Shown in pieces: positions 24,567-34,600 of a stretch of 64,000 nucleotides of DNA. The number at the start of each line of letters is the position of its first letter. Positions within the stretch are counted from its first letter, which is position 1. The translations under genes were made by a program, and so were the position numbers. This stretch comes from Nymphaea colorata (lineage: Eukaryota), in contig NC_045138.2 in NCBI RefSeq assembly GCF_008831285.2, forward strand, positions 310,001 to 374,000. The letters are read 5' to 3'. The notes below the pieces were generated by a model. It worked only from the letters and a program-made list of their open reading frames with translations. It did no database searches and was not told the origin of the DNA.

Positions 24567-27193
24567 GGCATCTTTGCTGCACAAAAGTAGCCAAAATCTG
24601 CTTCCTTTGTCAGCGGCAGGCCTGAAGACTGTCTGGAGGTTCGGCCTTTTGTATCATATCTGATCTGAATCCATTTCTTGATTTCTGCGGCTGGCTGATC
24701 TATGCATGGACACCGTAACTTAGTCATGTGCCTGTGTCGACTTGCCCACATGGCGACACTGGTACTCGGACACATGAGGACATTTTTTTTTTATTTGGCC
24801 TGGGACAAAGACGATCTGAAATGCATTAAACCCTTTTGTCTTTTTACAAAATGCATGAATTTTTTGTGGGATTATATATGAATATAAGTTGGTAAACACC
24901 AGACATTGATTTTTTTGTTCAAAAACTATTTTAAATGAAATATAAACATGTTAATATATTTATAAAAGCTATTTTGATTAGAATATGTTTTTATTCAAGT
25001 TGTTTTAATGAAAAATGTCAAGTTTTTTATTATCATGCCATGGGAGCCGTTCATTCTTTTTATTATAAAAACACCATTAAAATCTAACAAACGATCAACT
25101 TAGTATATGTTTTGCATCAACCCATTCTTAAAATCAAATCAATAAGATTAGATTGCAAAAAAAAAAAAACTTAAAAATCAAATTCAAATGAACTGGTTTT
25201 TATCCTTGATCTAAGTGTCCAGTATATATATATATATAGCTGCATTTGCTAAAATTGTTACATCTATCCATATTGCTGTACTTGTACTTGAACTTATGCC
25301 CATGCTCATGTGACTTAGATCCAAAACATGTCCTGTGAAAGAGAAAACTCTTTTGATCCATTGGGATCCTTGCACCTTTTTCTTAGGAAAAAGTTTACCA
25401 TGGCAAGATCAAGACATCATCCATGGACATCGAATATTCTGCTCATCAAAGGCATGCCCCTATAGAACAGATCCTGTTCAAGTGAGGTCGTCAAAAGCAT
25501 GCTCCTTGGTCTCCGATCTTGCAACACATTCAATTGAGAAGTACATAATGCCTTTACTGGTAGCTTGGAACATTATGTTTTTTCTTAATTGAGACGTCTC
25601 CTTCTAGAAACTATACATGACATTTATTATGGATACAATGAAGCCATCTTTCTTTTCTGATAGATGCCATCTAACTTGTAGTCTAACCATATAAAAATCA
25701 AAATTATAAGAATTAAGTGACAAGCAAAAGCAGAAGCAGGGAAGCAAATTTATGGAAAATATTACATTAGCACAGTTGATAGGATCAAGGAAATTTGGGT
25801 GAGTGGGAAGTTATCCCATTGCCCAAACGAAAGGCGAAGCTTCCCTCTTTTCCCTTGCCCTGCAGGTGGGGTAGCCGCATGCTTCAACTTACATGTAGAA
25901 CCCACCCCCTTTTTTATTCATGAGCATAGGCCCGCCCTGCAGGTTGAACCGAGCACACATAGCCATACACGCACCCTCAGCCCGCTCATTTGAGATATAC
26001 TCCTTGGGGCAGGATAGAGGAAATTAACAATGGCAGGCAAGAAAGGAAATTTCTAGGAAAGGAACTCTATCCGAAGCCATGATTGGGTGGTAAGCAAAAA
26101 GCAAAAATCACCTCTTCCTTTCTTCCTTCCCCCTGCTCCTAAGGTTTAGGGCTGTTTCAAAATTTGCATGGTCCTACAGTATACCCTTCAACTTGAGTGT
26201 CGCACATGTGTCATTGCTTGTAGTTCAGAGAAATAGTACCCCATGGGAATCGAACTAAGCACACATCGCTTATATGTCCTTTTATGCTGACCAACTATAG
26301 TACATGAACTGTTTGAAGGCATGATTGATTTTCCTCCAACAGTAAGGCTCACTTGTGAATGATCAAGTTCGATAATCCGACAACATGTTTAAATTTAGTG
26401 TGAACTTTTGAGTTTCTTGTTTGACTCTCGGTCATCATGTGGTTGTTTCCTGGCATCTATCTGTATTTTGCAGCCTAAGTGAGGAGTACCATCAGTCAGC
26501 CACATTGAAGTTCATGCGTCTTCAAAGTAGTGCTAATTATGAAGAATTTGGTGCTTTACAATGAGCTTTCCATCCTCTGTAAACCATCCACTGCAATACG
26601 CTAAAGTTGATATCCAATGTTGGAGTGGAAAAGTTCTTCCTCCATTATTGCCGCCCCAGAAAGATTATAAAGACATCACATTTCTTGCGTAAAATAAGCA
26701 CTGCCAACCAGTTTGAGAAGAATTCCTACCTAACTTTGTCATTTTCCCTTTGGATATATAACATAAGCAAGAGTAGACCACTATAAGTTATCATGCATTG
26801 CTCTCATGTACATTGCCTGAATCTTGTGAAGGATTATTTATTGGTTGCATTATGGCTATGTACTTTTTCAACCATTTATTTTTCAGTTTTCAAACAGATC
26901 CCCCAAATATGTGGAGGATAGTCCATTTGGATTCAGATATGGCCTTTTTTGTTCATATTCAAATCGGAGTTCAAATCTGAATATGTGGATATTCAAAAAA
27001 AACTTTAAGGGTATATTTGATTCTAATTTGATCTGTTGACATTCTACTTCTTGGCAATAAAACTATTTTTGGATCTTATACATCCAAATGTTTTCCATCC
27101 AGATCTGCCATTTGCTTCGATGTTCTCAATCTGAGAAATTTTAGATTCAAATTGGGATGGATGAACTCATCTCTCTCTCTGTCTCTGTCTCTG

Positions 27194-27230
<37 letters not shown>

Positions 27231-27545
27231 GCTTGTGTGTGCACGCACGCTGAACACCATTCAGATAACAATCACTTTTCTTAGGCAAAATAAAGATGAG
27301 GAGATAACAAGAAGTAACTTTACAAAGGGAATCATAACAAATACACCATTTGAAGTATGACATACATCATTTATTCTCACATTAAACCGCAAACATGCAG
27401 CACCTAGCAACTGAATGTAGTGATAAGGCACCAACTTGATCCTCATATTGACAACTGCTGAGCATTGGTAACTTAACAAATAACGACTGAAAACATCACC
27501 AAAATCTAACATGATCAAAGGTATGCTCAGTGGGTGTGCAGATTT

Positions 27546-30500
27546 TCAGAGAGCCCCACTGCTAGCCTTCAGCTCATTCCGGGCTTCAAGTGCATTCTTG
27601 TACTCTGCGTAGTGAGCTTCGCGGGCAAAGTAAGACTCCAGGTTGATCAACTGATTGAACTCTGCAAAGCTGGCCAACATGTCAAGATGGTCTTTGCTGG
27701 ATCCCGACTCCTTCATCTTCGTCAACATGTTTGTCAAGGCACGAGCCGCAGTATACAGTGTTGTGGTCGAATGCAAGATGATATGGAAACCCATCTCTTT
27801 AAGCTCTTCCTGTGTGTGCAGAGGAGTAACACCTCCTTCTATCATGTTCACGACCCTGTAACCATTTGTCTGTCGAGCAATTTCTCTGAGTTCATTGTCA
27901 CTTCTTGGTGCATCAACGAAGCAGGCATCTGCTCCAGCCTGTTATGTCAACCATAAGGAAATGCCTCTGTCAAGACTTCAAGAACAATGGAGAAAAGCAT
28001 GGAGAAAATGAAGTGCCAGAAACTGCAACTTTGGTACTACCCAGTGCAGGTAAAGTAAGGCTAAATTGGCTGTTGTCCTTCAGCCTTTAACATTCGCCAT
28101 TGATCATGAATTACCTCCATGTACAGGTTGGCCCTTGATATGGCCTCTGACAATCCGTATTTCTCTGATATAGCCCTGGCATCAGTCCGCGCAATAAGGA
28201 AGAAATCAGAGTCCCCAATGGCGTCCCTTGCTGCGGCGATCTTTGCGGCGTGTTCCTCCGCGGGTATAACCTTCAAAAAATGAACAAATCAGAGTCTGAC
28301 ATATTGAATTGATACTATAGTGTCATGCCAAGCTCATTTCAGAACAATGCATGAGAAGATCTATGGTTGCAGCATAGAGGAAGTTCGTAGCTAACTAACC
28401 TGCTTTCCACGCATGTGGCCTTCCCAGTTCGCACACAATTTGAAAGAAAGAACCATTAGATACTCATAATCGCAAGTTTTAAACCAAAAAATAACTTGCT
28501 GTAGAATGAATAATTTGGAGAATCAATATGACATGCCATGGGGAAGATGCTTTCTTACCACACTTCTTTGGCCAAGCTTGATCCTGAAACAGTAGCAAAA
28601 ATTCACAATCAGTGAGCCAATCTCTGTGTGAATCACTAGTCAATTTTAGCACAGAAAATGCCGAATCTGTGAAAAGTACCTCGAGGAAGCAGCCAGCGGC
28701 ACCTGCTGCAATCAGGTCTTGGACAGTCCTTTGCACATTGAGGGAGTTTCCACCACCAGTATCTGTCAGGAGGGTATCCAGAAAAAAGGTTACATAAAGT
28801 GGATCAATTTCTCGTCATAATACACAATAATGCAAAGTATATGAGATATCAGTACGCTATTTCAAGTATCATGACTGAATTTAATATATACCATAATAGA
28901 ATAATCTAAGAAATTAGTACACTTTTGTCCTGACAGTTGCATACCTGCTACAAATGGGTTCAATTAGGCTATGAGACAGACTTAGATCGAATTCACATAC
29001 AAGTTACATGGACCCCAGTTCAGATATGAGGGAACATGGACTGATCTTCAAACAGATCTTATCTGGATCAGAATTAGCTTAGCAACGGTTACCGGATTTC
29101 ACCGGGATCAGCAAAAATGGTGGTATATTTTTACTGAGTTCCTTATCTGTCAATGTTTGTAGTTATTCGTCCAACTTTATGAAAACCTCAACCAGATGCG
29201 ACAAAAGATGACCCAGATCCCTTTCATAATTCAGGAAAAAACAGAAGACGACAATGATTCGAACAGCATATGAAAGGGGAGAATGGGCAAACATCTGTCA
29301 CCAGGCACAGACTACTGCGACCACCTTAGGGATTGAGGCTGCAGTCTTACCTTTCACCTTCGCTATACTCTTTGTTGGAACTTGAAGAGAAACTAGGATG
29401 AAGATCCCAAAGTTACTGCTAATCTCAGAAGATTTTGTCAACACAATTACTCAAAAAACTGTAGACCATTCCCAGTGGAGCCCAATTGACACTACACACA
29501 GATCAATTGAGGATCATTGCTGGTTCACTTTCTAGAGACCTAAAGACTGCCTCTACCAAATCAGATCCACCTGTCTTAACATCTGGAACTCGGATCTGAT
29601 CGTGCAGCGTGAACCCGGTCGTAACAGGGACTGTCAAAATTAATCCAACCTTCTCCCATGGATGGAAATTTATCTCAGGTCCATAGATCCATATGAATCG
29701 ACCCACAGAAGCTGGTCTGCAGACAACACATCCTGGTATTTTGGCGTGTACTCCAGAAGACATGGAACCCACTATGTTCCACACTCTGTTCAGATTTAGT
29801 GCAATAACCATCACTAAAGGTCACATTCTTATTCGATATGTCCTACTGTTGTGGGTAGCGATGTCATCTTTCTATCCTGGTCATAGAGTTCTCCCCACTA
29901 TGCTGGGATTTCTATGCAGCTGGGCTCTCCTGAAAGCTAAGAACATGCCGACTACTTTATGCAGCTCTGCTGCATCACACTTACAGGTGAACTAGCAAAA
30001 CCCTTTTCGACCATATCCCTGTCACGTTTTTCAGGTACGGTTCAGTACTTGGTTGCTAAAGACAGTTCACTGCTGCATAAAGAATATGCTACAACTCTTT
30101 CCCACACTAATTTACTCAGCTTCTGCAGCAGTATCAAAACAAAAAGTTAACAGTCAATCAAGTAGACCACAAATAATATTTTGAGATCCACTCACTACCA
30201 AGTTTTGTGGTGTTTTCTTTTTTCTATTCTCTCTTTTTCTCCCTTTCTGTTCCATTTCCAAAAAATGCATCAAGGGGAGTGCTTCTCCTGCTTCTTTGGG
30301 GTTAGGTGACCAAATTGAAGGCAATAGAGCTGTTACTTCTGCCACCAACCAGTCAAGCTGTTAAAAAAGAATTGACTAAGAGGAGAGAGGTGAAAGTACT
30401 GTAGCATTACACCTCTACACAAAGTATTACTTTCTTCCTTTTAACCGATGAATTTCCCTGTTTAAGGTGGAAAACTGTTGGTGGAAACTGTGAACTCAAA

Positions 30501-31490
30501 TGGGTACAACCGAATTCTTACACAGGCAATAAGATTTAACTTTCCTGTGGTAAACTTTCACCTCAGTAAAATCCAGTATGAGATTCGGGTAAAAATTTTT
30601 CACCTTGTCCTTTTTCCTCTCTTTATAAATGATCAAGGGCAAAGGCGTTAAGGCCGACAGTGATACTTAGATGAGTTCGGACCCACCTGGTCCTGACGTG
30701 GAACAACGGAGACGCTAAATTGGAGGTTCGGTACGGGCATGGCTGGAGTACGACGCAGGGGCTTGACCCTTGGACGCACCAGAGTGATGACCTGCCTCTC
30801 TAAGTTCCAAGCAAGTTTATCTTCAACAGCATCAATTATTCACTTGGAGTAAATGAAGGGCAGCATGCATTATCAAATATGTGCACCATGAACTCAAGGT
30901 GCTATTAGGAAGAGAGGGGAGGGGGGAAGAGATAATCATGGTGAAAAGAGTAGCCATATATACCGGCGTCGGCGATGAATGGAATGTCGGGAGCTGAGGC
31001 GCAAATGGTCCGGGCGGCGGCTGCCATCTCCGGCGGCCTGAAACAGGTCAGTAACACCAGTGTTTCAAATGAGGCAACCAGGCGAGAAAAAGAGAGCGTC
31101 CGACGAGTTAATTTGCAGGTACAGAGAGGGAGATGACACATGTACAAAGGAGGGGGACTGGAAAATTTACGTCATGAGGCCGATGTCCGGCTTGCCGAGA
31201 CGAGCGGCGGACACGGAGTAGCCGGAGATGAAGCCGGCGCTGAAGCCGGTCTTCTGGACGATGGAGGCGGAGAGCGCGTCGTAGCAACCGGGGAGGAGAA
31301 CGACGCCCTCGTCGTCGATGATCCGCTGGATTCTGGTGATCCTTTCCGCCGAAGAGTCGGGGGATGAGCTCGAGGAGAAGCTCCGCCCGGCGTTGCCGGC
31401 GGCCGGAGAGAGCCACCTCGTAAGCAGTCCGGCCGGGCAGCTGCCGGCCTTCGAGCGCAGGGCAGCAGTCCTCGACAGGATTCCGGCCAT
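27546..31490 (-). CDS. ICL/PEP mutase superfamily C-C lyase, copy 2 (petal-death-protein / oxaloacetate acetylhydrolase-like candidate), 356 aa
   Basis: Exons 31490-31171, 31037-30964, 28762-28680, 28583-28559 (25 nt), 28419-28400 (20 nt), 28270-28115 and 27938-27546 total 1071 nt in frame, with the same intron phases as copy 1. Motifs: LPGCYDALSA, ISGYSVSAA, FIADADTGGGNS, DQAWPKKCGHMRGK, ARTDAR, FVDAP, NMIEGG, HIILHSTT. The family call is secure; the specific activity is inferred. Confidence 0.92.
29250..30360 (-). mobile_element. Heavily decayed insertion, possibly copia gag-protease-like, in intron 2 of lyase copy 2
   Basis: This intron is 2201 bp against 841 bp in copy 1. The interior is less U-rich than the flanks and gives broken minus-strand frames faintly like copia gag (GHLT..., FDTAAE). 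No intact ORF or LTR was seen. Confidence 0.3.
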
Positions 31491-31577
31491 CTCTCCTACT
31501 ACACTCTCTCTCTCTTTCTCCCTCGCTCTCCCTTTCTCTCTTCAGGCGGTGTGGCCAGTGCAGCAGATTGCATCTCC

Positions 31578-31651
31578 TTTTATAGAAGAGCTCCGGGCCC
31601 CGCTGCATCTACCAGCGATGGCTGGACCCCGGCGGTGGGACCCACCACGTG
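31578..31651 (-). promoter_or_regulatory. Core promoter of lyase copy 2: TATA box, TCP-type site, G-box/ABRE
   Basis: CTATAAAAGG on the minus strand (~31585-31576), ~90 bp upstream of the ATG. GGGACCCAC at 31637-31645 is directly followed by CACGTG at 31646-31651. Confidence 0.6.
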
Positions 31652-34600
31652 AAGGTGCTTCATAATTTGTGAATATTTCCACCGCGGGGAGTTAGTCGCC
31701 TGGAACGAGGGCACCACGTCCTACCCGTACCCCTGCCTGGTGGATCCAGGAGAATCATGGATCCACGACCCGGACCCTGTAGAACCAAAAGCAAACATAT
31801 ATCGGACAAAAAAAAGCCTCCAACTCAGATCCGGATTCATAATAACCGCTCAGTTTGGTGAACCGGGAGACCAGCCGAGTTAAAACCAGTCATGGTGGTC
31901 ATGTCATGTCCTGAATCAGCCTTTAATGAGGTCCAAGTTCAGTCGCCTTTTTATTTTATTTTATATAGCACCATGAGTATTGCAACCATCCAATGCTTTT
32001 CTTCTCTCTCTAAAATTTCACAAAAGGTGCGAATTTTGCTTCGAATTTCAGAAACTTGCCGGCGACTTTCTGAAATTAGAGGAAGGAATTTTGAAGGTTG
32101 AATTTCGTGAGCTCAGGAAGACGGACGACATTCAACTATGGACCACGTTGTGCAACATCATCCGCTGGACTTCAGCCGTCCATCGAGTGTGTCCAAGCTG
32201 TCGACATCGCCGGCGGGGTAATCTGAGCCACCTATACGCTGCCGGCCGGCCGCCGTCCACGTGTGAAAAAGCGATGGGTCCTTCTTCTCGAATACGAAAC
32301 TAAAAGTGCTTGGTGTGGCCGCACATCAACGGTCAAATGAGATGGCTGGATGGTTAGGTTCCACTTTTATAATCCACAAGTCTAACGTTTGAACCTTCTA
32401 CCGAAGAGCCGTACACTCAAACAAAATCATCCCATAGCTGGTTCTTTTTCTTCATGACTTTTTTTTTTTTGGTGGGTAGCGTTAGATTTGAATTCTAAGA
32501 TTATAGATTTAGTGGCAAAATTTTGATGCCTATCAAGAATTTTCACTGACAAGAAAGATAAATGACCAAGAAATGCACCAAACTTTGTATGTTTCATTTT
32601 TATTTCAATGAAAATAATTTTTTGAATGATGTTGAATATGTCTCCACATTATTAAATCGAGACGAAACACTTTAAAATGTCGCTATCTACTCAAAGCTGG
32701 AGAACTTCACAAGCATCACATATTATAATTTTCATCATCTATATTTATATATATATATTCTTTGCATATAAGCAACCGGTTTAGCGAGTGACACCGCTAG
32801 AAATTTGTGGCTAGAAGGCAGTAATATGTAACAACCCAATTTTTATGTGACTTGATGTGCGCTAATGTATAATCAACTAAATAATGCGAGGAAACATATA
32901 TACAAAATAAACTAAATTATGTGGGTTCAAGTGGGCAGCTGCCCACACAAGCCCTAACACTGTAAGATGTATTCAAGTCTAATGTCAAATGATATATTAA
33001 TATCGTTTGGAACGCCACCAAATCTCTCAAAAACTAAATATATTCCGAACATATATCTAGAAAGTGCCAATATAAAACTTTCATCTTTTTCAATATTTTT
33101 TTAGAGTCATTGTAGCCAGAATTTTTTAGCTGAGGGACGCACCGTAAGTCGCTGACCCGAGTATGGTGTAGACTTCGCATGTGACTAAAGCCAGGTCTAA
33201 GTTAACCCCGCTATTAATATTAAGTAGTAGCCGCAAAGTTAAATATTCCCTTGGTCATATTATACATGGATGAAATATGTCATGGTCAATTCTCAACACG
33301 CAATTGGAATATTAATACACTCGATGTCACAACTCATGGACAGCTCATTTTTTTTTGAAATTTCTCTAGCGAAACACCAAAAAGGAAAATTTTCAAAAAT
33401 ATTCGCGGGGTTTTGGAATATTAAGCAAAAAGGTGGAGCTGCGAGAAAATTTCATTTCTTATATTATATTTTTAGATCCACCCATCAAGGACCGGTACGG
33501 CCGTAAATATGAAAAATCATAAAAAAAAAAGTCATCCAATAATTGAGCAAAGAGAAAGCCGCCTCTTTTTCTTAAGGAAAAAATTAAGAAAAGTTAATTC
33601 AATAAGTCCAGTGGCCTCAACGGCCGGACGTGATCCAATCAATTGGATCACATGGGCCTTTTGATCGTACCCCCTTGTCCTGCACTTTGTCTCGTGGACC
33701 TCATCTTCGGTCGGTGATCCAATCACTTGGTTCTCAAGATTTAATCCAAATCAAGTCTCGTTTCTTCAATGCCCTGATCCACTTGGTTGGATGTGCTTGG
33801 ACTCAGTTGGTCCCAGTGCGGACCCACTAGGTCCAATAATAAAAGCATATGCGCCAAAGACCTGTCGCGCCGAGGTCCAAACCACGTTATTTCTTGATCG
33901 CGAAGCTCGCGTGATCGGACATGTGGGTCGAACTGATCTGGACCTGTTGATGCCCATAGTTTTAGATATTGGATCTGGATTGGGTCCAGTTTGCGACCTA
34001 ATTTGGATTAGCAAGTTGGTACTGAAGATCCATAAATGGCGCAGCCCGCCCCCGGTTTCAATTGCGTAGTAAATTGCACCATTTTTTATTTTAAAATAAG
34101 AATAATGGTAATAATATTATTATTTAAAGAAATTTGAACCCCACCAATAAAATGATGAAGGCACTTTCTTTGCCTTTATCATTCAATGCAAATTGATCGA
34201 TAAAATTGAATTAATTGGCACGTTTGTCGGGACATACCGATCTAACATCTTCCAACTAATGACAATAAAAATTTTGTTATCATTATTAATTTTATTATAA
34301 TATCAATAGAATAGCTGTGCTAATGAGCAGCTAAAGCACGGATTCATATTGTAAATTTAAAAGTCGGATTCAGATGTGATATAGTTTTTGCTTTGTTCGC
34401 ATTCAAATTCAAATTCGAATGCAAATATATGAACATCCGATAAATCAGATATAGTAAAAAGGTACATCTTATTGAATATGGTAATGAGCAGTTTCTAATT
34501 TTTTGGTCAAATATATAATGATAGATAACTAATTAGGTTTATACGGCGGGTTTTGCTAATTTCCCGGTGTACATATTCAATTCTAATCAAACTTCTAATG

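Noticed and set aside
176..31490. The five genes as a functional cluster
   Set aside because: Polygalacturonase, PsaN and MetRS have unrelated functions. Only the lyase pair is linked, by tandem duplication.
31108..31665. Several 100-166 aa overlapping ORFs
   Set aside because: Alternative frames of the GC-rich first exon and UTR of lyase copy 2.
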